A DNA stretch of 64,000 nt, from NCBI GenBank assembly GCA_964468185.1, contig CAYXTR010000015.1:61837-125836 (forward strand), in the 5' to 3' direction. This document shows positions 1 through 10,445 of this stretch, one piece after another. The notes beneath the pieces were generated by a model, which saw only the letters and a list, made by a program, of their open reading frames with translations, searched no databases and had not been told where the DNA came from. The position numbers and the translations under genes are program-made. The first letter of the stretch is position 1. Each line of letters starts with the position of its first letter. The stretch comes from an uncultured Planctomycetales bacterium. GTDB lineage: Bacteria; Planctomycetota; Phycisphaerae; UBA1845; Fen-1342.

Positions 1-42
1 ATCGATCGGGTGCGCAGCACCCTGGAGTAGCTCGAAAGCACC

Positions 43-900
43 ATGCGGCAGAAGCTCATCTGGTTTGCGGTCGTCCTCGGCGCGATGTACTTCATCGTCG
101 AATTCTTCGTGGGCGAGAAGACCGCCGCCGGTGAGGCCCTCAAGCTCACCGAGGTCTACGCAACCGCCAGCCATGCCATGGCCATCCTCCTGACCATGGC
201 CCTCGGCCTCGGTGTAATCAACCTCTTCCACGCCCACGGCGCCAACATCATCAAACGCCGCAAAGACTGGATCTTCTCCGTCGTGGTCTTCGTGACCTTC
301 TTCACCGTCATCGGCTTCATGGTCTGGGAATACCGCCTCGAGCAACAGGAAATTACCCTCCGCGAACGCAGTGTGCTCGCCGTCGACAAGTACACCACCG
401 CCGCCGCCATCGACGACCCGGTCGAACGCGACGAGGCCTTTCGCCAACTCACCGACGAGGAACTCGCCCTCGCCACCGACTACTACGCGAGCCAGCAGGC
501 ATACCAGTTCCGCCCGCGCACCTTCTACCTCGAAGCGTTCATCAACCCCCTCGCCCAGACCGTCATGGCCCTGCTCGGCTTCTATATCACCTACGCCGCC
601 TACCGCGCCTTCCGCGTGCGCTCCCTCGAAGCCACCGTCATGATGCTCTCGGCCACCATCATGATCCTCGGCAGCGACCCCATCGGCGGCTGGATCAGCG
701 TCGAGCTCAACTGGCTGCTCGGCCTTGAAGATGCCCCCGTCTGGATGCCCATCTGGGCCGACTTCGACAACCGCGTAATGATGTCCGGCATGCAGCGCGG
801 CCTCCTCATCGGCATCTCCGTGGCCATGATCGCCGCCAGCCTGCGCATGCTCCTCGGCCTCGAAAAAGGCATTATCGAAGTATCCTCTGGCGGAGACTGA
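43..900 (+). CDS. Integral membrane protein, hypothetical
   Basis: 285-aa ORF with several hydrophobic helices (FAVVLGAMYFIVEFFVG..., MALGLGVINLF...), high GC3 codon bias; no family recognised. Confidence 0.55.
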   Translation: MRQKLIWFAVVLGAMYFIVEFFVGEKTAAGEALKLTEVYATASHAMAILLTMALGLGVINLFHAHGANIIKRRKDWIFSVVVFVTFFTVIGFMVWEYRLEQQEITLRERSVLAVDKYTTAAAIDDPVERDEAFRQLTDEELALATDYYASQQAYQFRPRTFYLEAFINPLAQTVMALLGFYITYAAYRAFRVRSLEATVMMLSATIMILGSDPIGGWISVELNWLLGLEDAPVWMPIWADFDNRVMMSGMQRGLLIGISVAMIAASLRMLLGLEKGIIEVSSGGD

Positions 901-904
901 CCCG

Positions 905-2824
905 TTGTACGAGTTCATCCGCACACTCGCGAACCTCGACCGGCGCATCATCTACCTGGTGATGGTCACCGTGCTCAGCCTGCCATTCTTCTTCGCCTAC
1001 AGCCTCCCCATCTACCCCGAAACCTACACCCAGCAGTTCTACAAGACCATCGAGCAGATCGCCGCCGGTCCCGATCAGAAAAACAAAGTCGTCCTCGTGC
1101 TCCACAACTGGGGCCCCGGCACCTCCGGCGAGAACGAACCCCAGTTCAAGGTCGTCACACGCCATCTGCTCCGCAAGAACCTCAAGATCGTCCTCCTCTG
1201 CTCCATCGTCGACCCCGTCTTCCACGACACCGCCTTGGTCGCCTTCGAAGAGGCCATGGCCGAAGAGCAGGCCCTCGCCCGCACCCGCGGCGAGCCCGTG
1301 CCACAATGGGAATACGGCGTCGACTGGCTCGACTTCGGCTTCCAGAATGCCCAGGTCTTCGCCCCCTTCGCCCGCAAAATCATCATGACACCGCGCGATT
1401 TCTATCAGCGCGACTACCGCTTCAACCGCGATCTCACGGTCGATGACAGCTTCCCCCTCCTGCAACACTTCCAGTCCATCGAAGACGTCTCCGCTGTCGT
1501 CGTCATCTCCGCCGGCGACGAGGCCCGCGATATCGCCGGCCTCGTCAAGAGCGAACGTCCCGAACTGCTCGTTGCACCCGCCACCACCGGCATCGTCGCG
1601 ACCGATCTCTACCCCTACGTGAAGTCACGCCAACTCTTCGGCATGCTCAACTCCGCCCGCGGCGCCACGGAGTACCGCGCACTGCTCGACCCCGACCTCG
1701 CCACCACCGAACCACTCGAAAACGCCCTCAGCGGCGGCAAGACCCTGCTGCTCGCGTTCGTACTACTCGGCAATGTCGCCTTCCTGATCACCCGCCACGC
1801 CCAGCGCACCCGCAAGCTCCCCCCCAGACCACCCGGCACTCGCGACCCGCTTCCGCCACTGCCCAAACACTTCATGTGGGGCCTCTTCCTCGCCTTCGTA
1901 GCCGTATTCTTCGGCACCGCCGCCTACGAATTCTACCGCTTCCAGCACGATCAGAGTCTCCCCCGCGCCCGCATCGCGCGCCCCACCGACGACCCCACCA
2001 AGGAGTACGCTTCCTACGAACGCGTCGATCGCACCGAAGTCGGCGACGAAGCCCTCACCCGTCTCGACGAGCAGGGCATTCCCCCCAACATGCGCCGCCC
2101 CGACCTCGCTGCCGACCGCGCCTTCAAAAACATGATCGAAAACCGCGTCGCCGAGTTCTTCATGGCCTTCTGCACCCTCGGCGTCTTCGCCTTCCTGCTC
2201 GGCGATAACAAATTCTACCGCCTCACCGAGGCCATTATCGTTGGCGGCGCCCTCGCCTACTCTCTCATCGCCGTCCAGCGCATCGTCTTCGAGCAGTGGG
2301 GCGGCTGGATCATCGAAGGCTTCACCGAACCCGGCGACCGCGTCAAGCTGCTCTGGATCCTCCTCGTCATCCCTGGCACCCTGTGGTACTTCACCTACTC
2401 CAGGAAATACCGCTGGCTCAATCAATGGGTCGTCGCCCTCTTCCTCGGCTGGGCACTCGGCCCCGAGTTCAGCAAACAGATCAACCTCATCATCCCCCAG
2501 GTCCTCGACTCCATCCAGCCCATCTGGCCCTGGACGCCCTACACCGTCGAGGCCGGCGGCGAAACCCTCACCTTCGTCGATCCCTGGGCCCGCATCGAGC
2601 ACCTCATCTTCCTCATCGTGCTCGTCCTGTCGCTGATCTACTTCATCTTCGTCTTCCGCCCGAAATCCTCCGTCGGTAACGGCGTACTCACCGCTGGCCG
2701 ACTCGTCATGATGGTCGGCTTCGGCGCCAGCTTCGGCAACACGGTCAACACCCGCCTCTCCTGGCTCGCCCCCCGCATCGGCTTCCTCATCGAAGACTGG
2801 CTCGGCAAAACCTTCGGCGTGTGA
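905..2824 (+). CDS. Large polytopic membrane protein, hypothetical (TTG start in ORF track)
   Basis: 639-aa ORF immediately downstream of previous gene, many predicted TM helices (IIYLVMVTVLSLPFFFAYSL; TLLLAFVLLGNVAFLI; LIFLIVLVLSLIYFIFVF). The antisense 400-aa ORF 1763..2965 is a low-complexity G/E/A shadow. Confidence 0.6.
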   Translation: MYEFIRTLANLDRRIIYLVMVTVLSLPFFFAYSLPIYPETYTQQFYKTIEQIAAGPDQKNKVVLVLHNWGPGTSGENEPQFKVVTRHLLRKNLKIVLLCSIVDPVFHDTALVAFEEAMAEEQALARTRGEPVPQWEYGVDWLDFGFQNAQVFAPFARKIIMTPRDFYQRDYRFNRDLTVDDSFPLLQHFQSIEDVSAVVVISAGDEARDIAGLVKSERPELLVAPATTGIVATDLYPYVKSRQLFGMLNSARGATEYRALLDPDLATTEPLENALSGGKTLLLAFVLLGNVAFLITRHAQRTRKLPPRPPGTRDPLPPLPKHFMWGLFLAFVAVFFGTAAYEFYRFQHDQSLPRARIARPTDDPTKEYASYERVDRTEVGDEALTRLDEQGIPPNMRRPDLAADRAFKNMIENRVAEFFMAFCTLGVFAFLLGDNKFYRLTEAIIVGGALAYSLIAVQRIVFEQWGGWIIEGFTEPGDRVKLLWILLVIPGTLWYFTYSRKYRWLNQWVVALFLGWALGPEFSKQINLIIPQVLDSIQPIWPWTPYTVEAGGETLTFVDPWARIEHLIFLIVLVLSLIYFIFVFRPKSSVGNGVLTAGRLVMMVGFGASFGNTVNTRLSWLAPRIGFLIEDWLGKTFGV

Positions 2825-2861
2825 CCACCATATCGGATCTGCATCCCCCTTTGCTGCGTTG

Positions 2862-3233
2862 TTACCTTCCTGACTCGTTACTCTTCTTCCGCCGAAGCCG
2901 GGCAATCCGCCGCGCCCGCCGCCGCACTTCTGCCCGTCGCCGCCGCTCCGCCTCCAGCCGATCATGCCGCTCGCTCTCGAGTTGCTCGATCCGCCGCTCC
3001 AGCAGCTCGATGTTGTTGATGCTGTGCATGAACGCTGCCAATTCGCCCATATTGAACGGCACGAGCGGATTCAGCAGCGGCTTGAACGCCAGCGCAGCCT
3101 GCGCTCCCACCCCCGAAATCGGCTTATGCGCCTCCAACAAAAAGACCGCCGCCGTCCCCAGCCCCCGGTCCACGAGCTTGTGCGCCCACGTTTCAATCAA
3201 CTCGTCGCGACGCTTGTCGTCCAGCTCAAACAC
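2862..3233 (-). CDS. Hypothetical coiled-coil protein
   Basis: 123-aa ORF; C-terminal charged heptad-like region (ERRIEQLESERHDRLEAERRRRAEVRRR). No recognised family; could be spurious. Confidence 0.35.
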   Translation of the reverse strand: MFELDDKRRDELIETWAHKLVDRGLGTAAVFLLEAHKPISGVGAQAALAFKPLLNPLVPFNMGELAAFMHSINNIELLERRIEQLESERHDRLEAERRRRAEVRRRARRIARLRRKKSNESGR

Positions 3234-3244
3234 AGTCGCTTCAG

Positions 3245-3958
3245 CTAAGTGCCCAATCCCCGCTGCCGCATCACCGCCAGTATCAACTCCACACCCTGCG
3301 CCGGCGTAAAGCGATCCAGGTTCAGGCAGATGTCATAACGCGTCGGATCGTTAGTGTTCTTGTTGAAGTGATTTCGGATGAACTCGCCCCGCTCCCGATC
3401 AATACGCTCCACCTCCGCCCGGGCCAAGGCCTCCGACATGTCATGCCGCTTTGCATATTCCGCCGCCCGCCGCTCAACGGTGCCGCTGATCCGCACCCGC
3501 AGCCCGTTGTCATGCGTCAAAATCAAATCCGCCCCCCGCCCGAGAAACACCGCCGGACCCTGCCGATTCAACGCCAGAATCGCTTCATTCAGCCGGTAGA
3601 AATAGTCATCCTTCCGCAGTTCCCCGCGCAGCAGCCACCGCAACGCATTGTCCAGCCAGGTCTCATCACGCTCATCCATCGACTCATACAATCGCTGCCG
3701 CAACGCATCATCCCCGGCCATCGCCTGCAAAATCTCCTTGTCAAACACCGGCCAGTTCAGCTTCTCGCCCAGCAGCTTCGCCACTTGTGACCCGCCCGAG
3801 CCAACCATCCGCGAAATCGCCACAAACTGCTCGCCCGCGGGCCGCTCTTCGTCCGGCAGCTCCGCTACCCGCTGCGCCCGGGCCAACTCCCAGTTGCGCA
3901 TCTGCTTTTCAACAATCTTCGCGATGTCCGACTTGTTCCCTGGCGTCCTGGCCGGCAT
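3245..3958 (-). CDS. Cytidylate kinase-like family protein (P-loop kinase fold)
   Basis: Glycine-rich P-loop-like VAISRMVGSGGSQVAKLLGEKL followed by the layout typical of the cytidylate-kinase-like 2 family; 237 aa. Confidence 0.6.
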   Translation of the reverse strand: MPARTPGNKSDIAKIVEKQMRNWELARAQRVAELPDEERPAGEQFVAISRMVGSGGSQVAKLLGEKLNWPVFDKEILQAMAGDDALRQRLYESMDERDETWLDNALRWLLRGELRKDDYFYRLNEAILALNRQGPAVFLGRGADLILTHDNGLRVRISGTVERRAAEYAKRHDMSEALARAEVERIDRERGEFIRNHFNKNTNDPTRYDICLNLDRFTPAQGVELILAVMRQRGLGT

Positions 3959-4030
3959 AGTGCACCTCCCACCCCATTATACGGCCCCAACCCCGCCCCC
4001 AGCCAGCGCATCAACCCGGTTTCCCCACGC

Positions 4031-5128
4031 CTATCCATACCGACACGCCCGCGCCGCCTCCGCATAATGCCGGAGATGCTCCTCCGACGTCTCAAAGAAA
4101 TGGTCGGATGGCGACATGATGTACCCTCCGCCACGCCCCAGAACTGCAAACAGCCGCTCGACCTCGGCGAAGATCTCCTCACGCGACCCCACGTCCAACA
4201 CGCCATGCTGATTCACGCCCCCAATCAGGCACACTCGCTCGCCAATCCGCGCCTTGATCTCCGCCGGCCGGGCATCGCCACCCATCCCCGCCGGCGTCAA
4301 CGTCTCACTCGCATCGCACCCGTTCTCGACGATCATCTCCAGCAGCGGCATCATCCCCCCACACGTGTGATAAACCACCCGATGCCCCAACGCGTGCAGC
4401 GCATCATGTTGCTCCCGATCATAGGGTAAGCAAAACTCCCGGTGCAGCTTCGGCGATATACACGTACTCGACCCCGCCCCGCCACCCGTCTCGATCAGGT
4501 CGTAGGCCGCCCCAGCCAGCGACTCCTCGATAAACCGCAGCTTCTTCTTCTGTAACACGCCCAGAAAGTGATGCACCCAGCCCGGATCACGCCGCGTCGC
4601 CAGAATCAACGGCTGCAACCCGTACAGCTCGCACGCATCCTGCCAGCACCCACCCTGAATCCCCCACACAAACCCCCGCACAATCCCCGCATCACCGACC
4701 CGCTCTCGCTCACGCGCGACCGCCGCCCCGTCCAGCCGCGGTACCGGCATGTACCTGTCAATCAGCTCGACGTCTTCCGCACGTTTCACCAACTGCTCAA
4801 CAAGCCAGGCCGTCTGCGCCCGAAACTCCCACACATCACCAAGTGTCCCGCCCGGCGTGTGATACACCCGTCGGCGCACGCCGTACCCCGCTTCACTTGT
4901 CCCCTCCTCCACCTCAACGCGCCATTCCGCCGTTTCCGCCTCGACCAGCGGACAGTAGGCAATCGCGGCATCCAATCCGAAATGCTGAAACGCCGCCAAC
5001 GCATCCATACCCCCCAGGTACTTCTCCAGATGATACGGCTGCCATTGATGCACACTCGCCGGCAACCGGTCCGGCTCCTCCCGGTTCAGCGCCAACAACA
5101 GCCGTTCCCGCGATGTCATGGCTGCCAC
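4031..5128 (-). CDS. Uroporphyrinogen decarboxylase (URO-D) family protein
   Basis: 365 aa; N-terminal 'RERLLLALNREEPDRLP' and C-terminal 'GGYIMSPSDHFFETSEEHLRHY' match URO-D/MtaA-like methyltransferase-decarboxylase fold proteins. Confidence 0.65.
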   Translation of the reverse strand: MAAMTSRERLLLALNREEPDRLPASVHQWQPYHLEKYLGGMDALAAFQHFGLDAAIAYCPLVEAETAEWRVEVEEGTSEAGYGVRRRVYHTPGGTLGDVWEFRAQTAWLVEQLVKRAEDVELIDRYMPVPRLDGAAVARERERVGDAGIVRGFVWGIQGGCWQDACELYGLQPLILATRRDPGWVHHFLGVLQKKKLRFIEESLAGAAYDLIETGGGAGSSTCISPKLHREFCLPYDREQHDALHALGHRVVYHTCGGMMPLLEMIVENGCDASETLTPAGMGGDARPAEIKARIGERVCLIGGVNQHGVLDVGSREEIFAEVERLFAVLGRGGGYIMSPSDHFFETSEEHLRHYAEAARACRYG

Positions 5129-5318
5129 CGATCAGCAGATCCCGCCCCCGTGCGACACACAGTAGCAATCAACCTGCAGAAGGGGCGAACGCCGAGAAGC
5201 CCGACATCCGCCCATCAGAGTCTCGCACATCTCGCAACAACCAAAGGCACGTCCCAGACCACCGCGGGGCAGCGATCACACCCTTGATACGTTGTTACTT
5301 GGTTATCTTGTCACTCCG

Positions 5319-6308
5319 CTACACGTAACTATTCAGCGTCTTCATATAGTTCGCCCGCTCGAACGCCGCAGGGTCGGCCACCGACTTCTGACTCATGCTG
5401 CCCTTCATCTGCTCGATCGACTCATACTCATGCTCATGCATCCACGCCTTCACACCACTCAGCAGCACGAACACCTCGTTCGGCCCCTTCCGTAGCAGCA
5501 CAGAGCAGACTTGTGCCACGTCCGCACCCGCCATCATCATTTTCAGAACATCCTCGGGCGTCGAAATACCCGAGTTACCCGCCAGGCTCGCCCCAATCCG
5601 GCCATGCAGGATCGCAATCCACCGCAAAGGCAAACGAATCTCGTACGACGTGCTCAGCTCCAGGTCCGGCACAACCTCCAACTCGTTCAGATCGAGGTTG
5701 GGCTGATAGAAGCGGTTGAACAGCACGAGCGCGTCGGCGCCCGCCTCATCCAGCCGCTTCGCCGTCCCGCCCATCGCACTGAAATACGGACTCAGCTTCA
5801 TCGCCACCGGAATCTTGACCTTGCGCTTGACCGCTTTCAGCAGGTCGATGTAACGCTGCTCCACCTCGTCACCGGTCAGACCCAACTCCGTTGCGACGTA
5901 ATAGACGTTGAGTTCGAGCCCGTCGGCCCCAGCCTGCTCCATCTGCTGCGCCATGTCCGTCCAGCCGCCGGTTGTTGTGCCGTTGAGGCTGGCGAGCACC
6001 GGGATCCCCAGCGACGCCTTCGCCTTGCGCAGGTGATTGAGATACTCCTCCGGACCCAGGCGATACTCCGTCGCCTCCGGGAAGTAACTCAAAGATTCGG
6101 CAAAGCTCTCCGTGCCCTGCTCCGTAAGGTGATGCAACTCCTGCTGCTCGTGCGCAATCTGCTCCTCGAACAGCGAGTGCAGCACCGCCGCCGCCGCCCC
6201 GGCATCCTCGAGCTGCTTCAATGTGTCCAGCTTGGCCGTCAGCGGGCTGGCGGCTGGCACCAGCGGGTTGGCAAGCTTCAGTCCCATGTATGTGGTCGAA
6301 AGGTCCAT
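5319..6308 (-). CDS. Dihydroorotate dehydrogenase-like (class 1 DHOD/DHPD family) TIM-barrel protein
   Basis: N-terminus MGLKLANPLVPAASPL and internal GADGLELNV.., KIPVAMKLSPYF motifs typical of the PyrD-like flavoprotein family; sits directly downstream of the PFOR gene on the same strand. Confidence 0.7.
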   Translation of the reverse strand: MDLSTTYMGLKLANPLVPAASPLTAKLDTLKQLEDAGAAAAVLHSLFEEQIAHEQQELHHLTEQGTESFAESLSYFPEATEYRLGPEEYLNHLRKAKASLGIPVLASLNGTTTGGWTDMAQQMEQAGADGLELNVYYVATELGLTGDEVEQRYIDLLKAVKRKVKIPVAMKLSPYFSAMGGTAKRLDEAGADALVLFNRFYQPNLDLNELEVVPDLELSTSYEIRLPLRWIAILHGRIGASLAGNSGISTPEDVLKMMMAGADVAQVCSVLLRKGPNEVFVLLSGVKAWMHEHEYESIEQMKGSMSQKSVADPAAFERANYMKTLNSYV

Positions 6309-6425
6309 CGTGCGTTCCCTTCTGCTTTCTGATGACCGGCCAAAGACGCTGGGCCGGCTGAGCCGACGAACGAATCAGGTCACGGTGCGGCGAGCGCTCC
6401 GCCGCCGCACCGGTTACCGCATTTC

Positions 6426-9400
6426 CTACTCTCCGTTGCCGTTGCCGCCCGCGCCGATAACCTGCATCGCCGCAAGCTGTTCATACAGGTTCCAGCGCCG
6501 CGCCACATCAAGTTTGCCCAGCTCCAGCAGGTGCTTGGCCTGCTCCGGCTTGCTCTTGGTCAACATCTTGAAACGCGTCTGCTGGTACGCATAGTCCTCA
6601 TACGGAATGCTCGGCTTCTTCGAGTCGAGCTGCAACGGATTCTTGCCCTGCTGCGCCAGATCCGGGTTGTAGCGGAACAGCGGGAAATGCCCGCTCGCCA
6701 CAGCCCGCTTCTGCGTGTCCAGACCGAGCCGCATGTTGATGCCGTGGGCGATGCAGTGGCTGTAGGCGAGGATCAGCGACGGTCCATCATACGCCTCGGC
6801 CTCCATGAACGCCTTGACCGTCTGCGTATCGTTGGCACCCATCGCACACGTCGCGACGTAAATGTGCCCATACGTCATCGCCATCAACGCCATGTCCTTC
6901 TTGCCCAGCGGCTTGCCCGCGGCGGCAAACTTGGCGACCGCCCCGCGCGGCGTCGACTTCGAGCACTGCCCGCCCGTGTTCGAGTACACCTCGGTGTCCA
7001 GCACCAACACGTTGACATTCCGGCCACTGGCCAGCACGTGATCGAGCCCGCCATAACCGATGTCATACGCCCAGCCGTCACCACCGAGAATCCACACACT
7101 CTTCTTCACCAGCATGTCGGCGATCTCACGCAGCGTCCGGCCTTCCGCCGTGTCATCCTTGGCCAGCTTCTGCTTCAACGCCGCAACCCGCTGCCGTTGC
7201 GCACTGATCTCCTCTTCGGTGTGCTGGGCATGCAGGTTGTTGAGAATGCCGTCAGCCAGATCGGCTCCGACCTTCTCCCGCTGTGCCTCCAGCAGTTCCG
7301 CCGCATACTCCTGATGCTTGTCAATCGTCAGCCGATACCCGAAGCCGAACTCGGCATTGTCCTCGAACAGCGAGTTACACCACGCCGGCCCACGGCCATC
7401 ACGATTCACAACCCACGGTGCCGTCGGCAGATTGCCACCATAAATCGACGAGCAACCCGTCGCGTTCGAAATCACCGCCCGATCACCGAAGAGCTGGGAT
7501 AGCAGCTTCACGTAAGGCGTCTCGCCACAGCCGGCACACGCACCCGAATACTCGAACAGCGGCTGGAGAAACTGCGAGCCCTTCACCGTGTTGATCCGCA
7601 CCTTGCTGCGATCCGCCTCCGGCAGATCCAAAAAGAACTTGTAGTTCGCACGCTCCGTGTCACGCAGTGGCGGCTGGAACTCCATGTTGATCGCCTTCAG
7701 CCGCGTCTCGCTCTTGTTCTTTGCCGGACAGACTTCCACGCACACACCACAGCCCGTGCAGTCTTCCGGCGCCACCTGCACCGTCACTGCTGCCTCCGGG
7801 AACTCCTTCCCGATGTACTTCTTGTGCTTGAACGTCTCGGGCGCGTTCTTCAGCAGCGCCGGGTCATAGACCTTCATGCGAATCGACGCGTGCGGACAGA
7901 CCAGGGCACACTTGCCGCACTGAATGCACGTGTCCGGATCCCACACGGGAATCTCCAACGCAATATTGCGCTTCTCCCACTGCGTCGTGTCCGTCGGGAA
8001 CGTGCCGTCGTCCGGCAACTTGCTCGTGGGCAAATCATCACCCTTGAAGACGATCATCGGCCCCAGTACCTCGCGGACAAACTCCGGCGCCTCTTCCGGC
8101 ACCGCCGGCCGCATGTGCAGCTCGCTGGTCGCCTGACTCGGCACAGGGATTTCATACATGTTGTCAAGCGCCCGATCGACCGCCGCCCAGTTCTTCTTGA
8201 CGATTTCCTCCCCCTTGCGGCCATACTCCTTCTTGATCGAACCCTTGATCTTCTCGATCGCCTCGTCCTTCGGCAACACGCCCGAGATCGCAAAGAAACA
8301 CGTCTGCATGATCGTGTTCACACGCTGACCCATGCCGGCTTCCTTGGCCACGCGATACGCGTCAATCGCATAGACCTTCAGCTTCTTCTCGATGATCTGC
8401 TGCTGTACCTCCCGCGGCATCCGATCCCACGTCTCATCCTGCGGGAACGGGCTGTTGACCAGAAACGTCGCCCCCTCGATGGCTGTGCTGAACAGATCAT
8501 ACTTCTCGAGAAACGCCCAGTTGTGGCACGCGACGAAGTTCGCCTTGTTGATCAGGTAGGTCGAGCGAATCGGCTTCGGACCAAACCGCAGATGCGAGAC
8601 GGTCATCGAGCCGGCCTTCTTCGAGTCATACACAAAGTAACCCTGGGCCCAGTTCTCCGTTTCCTCGCCGATGATCTTGATCGAGTTCTTGTTGGCTCCA
8701 ACCGTGCCGTCTGCACCCAGCCCATAGAACATCGCCCGCACAACCTTCGCATCTTCCGTGCTGAAGCTCGGGTCGTAGTCCAGGCTCGTGCCCGTCACAT
8801 CCTCCTTGATGCCCACCGTGAAGTGGTTCTTCGGCTGCTCGCTGAGCAGGTTGTCGAACACCGCCTTCACCATCGCCGGCGAAAACTCCTTGCTCGACAG
8901 GCCATACCGCCCCCCCAGAATCCGTTTGATCGTCGGGGGCCGGACACCCGCCGCACAAGCCTCACCCACTGCCGTGACGACGTCCTTGTACATCGGCTCA
9001 CCTTCGGCACCCGGCTCCTTCGTCCGGTCCAGCACGGCGATCGACTGCACACTGTCGGGGAGCGCCTGGAACAGCGCCGCCGCGTCAAACGGGCGATACA
9101 GCCGCACCTTGATCATGCCGACCTTCTCGCCCTGACCGTTGAGATACTCAACCGTTTCATGCACGGCTTCCGCACCCGAACCCATCACGATGATGACCCG
9201 CTCCGCATCCGGCGCCCCCACGTAGTCGAACAGGTTGTAGCGCCGCCCAACGACCTGCGCGAACCGATCCATCACGCTCTGCACAATCTGTGGACACTTC
9301 GCATAGTACGGATTGACCGTCTCACGCGCCTGGAAGAACACGTCCGGATTCTGCGCCGTCCCACGCAGCCGCGGACGATCCGGCGTCAGACCACGCTCGC

Positions 9401-10013
9401 GCAGTTCCTCAACGTACTTGTCATCAATCAGCTTCCGCATGTCCTCCAGCGTCAACTCTTCAATCTTGCTGACTTCGTGCGAGCTGCGGAACCCATCGAA
9501 GAAGTGAATGAACGGCACGCGACTCTCCAGCGACGCCGCATGCGCAATCAGCGCCATGTCCATGATTTCCTGCACCGAGCCCGCCGCCAGCATGCCGAAG
9601 CCCGTCGAGCGGCAGGCCATCACGTCACTATGATCACCAAAAATGCTCAAGGCATGCGTCGCAACCGTGCGAGCCGACACGTGATACACCGTCGGCAGCA
9701 ACTCGCCCGCCATCTTGAACATCGTCGGAATCATCAAAAGCAGCCCCTGCGACGCCGTGAACGTGCAGGTCAGCGCACCCGTCGACGCCGCCCCGTGCGC
9801 CGCCGCACACGCCCCACCTTCACTCTGCATCTCCATCACGTGCGGCACCGTGCCCCAGATGTTCTTTTGGCCCAGTGCCGACCATTCATCCGCCCACTCG
9901 CCCATGGGCGAGGACGGCGTGATCGGATAAATGGCAATCACTTCGCTCACCTTGTGGGCCACGTGCGCCGCGGCCTGATTGCCGTCGATCGTTACCATGC
10001 GCCGATTACTCAT
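6426..10013 (-). CDS. nifJ: Pyruvate:ferredoxin (flavodoxin) oxidoreductase, single-chain homodimeric PFOR
   Basis: 1190-aa protein with N-terminal 'VTIDGNQAAAHVAHKVSEVIAIYPITPSS', two 4Fe-4S ferredoxin motifs (CIQCGKCALVCPHA, CTGCGVCVEVCPAK) and a TPP-binding 'GGDGWAYDIGYGGLDHV' motif. Start placed at ATG 10013 (MSNRRMVTIDG); ATG 9998 (MVTIDG) is equally possible. The ORF-track start at 10112 is an upstream extension. Confidence 0.95.
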   Translation of the reverse strand: MSNRRMVTIDGNQAAAHVAHKVSEVIAIYPITPSSPMGEWADEWSALGQKNIWGTVPHVMEMQSEGGACAAAHGAASTGALTCTFTASQGLLLMIPTMFKMAGELLPTVYHVSARTVATHALSIFGDHSDVMACRSTGFGMLAAGSVQEIMDMALIAHAASLESRVPFIHFFDGFRSSHEVSKIEELTLEDMRKLIDDKYVEELRERGLTPDRPRLRGTAQNPDVFFQARETVNPYYAKCPQIVQSVMDRFAQVVGRRYNLFDYVGAPDAERVIIVMGSGAEAVHETVEYLNGQGEKVGMIKVRLYRPFDAAALFQALPDSVQSIAVLDRTKEPGAEGEPMYKDVVTAVGEACAAGVRPPTIKRILGGRYGLSSKEFSPAMVKAVFDNLLSEQPKNHFTVGIKEDVTGTSLDYDPSFSTEDAKVVRAMFYGLGADGTVGANKNSIKIIGEETENWAQGYFVYDSKKAGSMTVSHLRFGPKPIRSTYLINKANFVACHNWAFLEKYDLFSTAIEGATFLVNSPFPQDETWDRMPREVQQQIIEKKLKVYAIDAYRVAKEAGMGQRVNTIMQTCFFAISGVLPKDEAIEKIKGSIKKEYGRKGEEIVKKNWAAVDRALDNMYEIPVPSQATSELHMRPAVPEEAPEFVREVLGPMIVFKGDDLPTSKLPDDGTFPTDTTQWEKRNIALEIPVWDPDTCIQCGKCALVCPHASIRMKVYDPALLKNAPETFKHKKYIGKEFPEAAVTVQVAPEDCTGCGVCVEVCPAKNKSETRLKAINMEFQPPLRDTERANYKFFLDLPEADRSKVRINTVKGSQFLQPLFEYSGACAGCGETPYVKLLSQLFGDRAVISNATGCSSIYGGNLPTAPWVVNRDGRGPAWCNSLFEDNAEFGFGYRLTIDKHQEYAAELLEAQREKVGADLADGILNNLHAQHTEEEISAQRQRVAALKQKLAKDDTAEGRTLREIADMLVKKSVWILGGDGWAYDIGYGGLDHVLASGRNVNVLVLDTEVYSNTGGQCSKSTPRGAVAKFAAAGKPLGKKDMALMAMTYGHIYVATCAMGANDTQTVKAFMEAEAYDGPSLILAYSHCIAHGINMRLGLDTQKRAVASGHFPLFRYNPDLAQQGKNPLQLDSKKPSIPYEDYAYQQTRFKMLTKSKPEQAKHLLELGKLDVARRWNLYEQLAAMQVIGAGGNGNGE

Positions 10014-10445
10014 GAGGCTGTTTCTCCCAATTACTGGTTCGCCCGATCCTGCACGAACCGGCGAATCTTCTGCAAACGTCAGCCGGTCGGCATCAGGAGC
10101 CGCGCCCGACACAACGTCTTGTCCGTTTCAGTCCCAACGGGGTTGCCGCTGCCAGTACCGTCGCCGTCGGCTGCCCGCCACGCTGCCGATGGGCGACCCG
10201 CAGTGCCGGATAGGGTGCTCCGGCGCGGGCAAATCATCTTCCTACCAACATATCTACAGAGCTGCAAGCCACATGCCACTCCCAGCCCCCAGAAATGTCC
10301 CCCCGCCGCCGTCCCAGTGTGCCTCCGCAATGACAGGTGCGGAAATCCACACAGCACCAGCGCCCCCTGCACCGGCCGGTACCATTAAATCGACGCCCGA
10401 TAACCTCCCCCAACTGCTCTCCTCGATACCGCGCCCGAGACCGCC

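Noticed and set aside
1763-2965. 400-aa ORF on - strand
   Set aside because: Antisense to the 639-aa membrane protein gene; Gly/Glu/Ala/Asp low-complexity composition with no motifs.
7824-10388. 854-aa ORF on + strand
   Set aside because: Antisense to the PFOR gene; Arg/His/Leu-rich low-complexity translation typical of the shadow frame of a high-GC gene.
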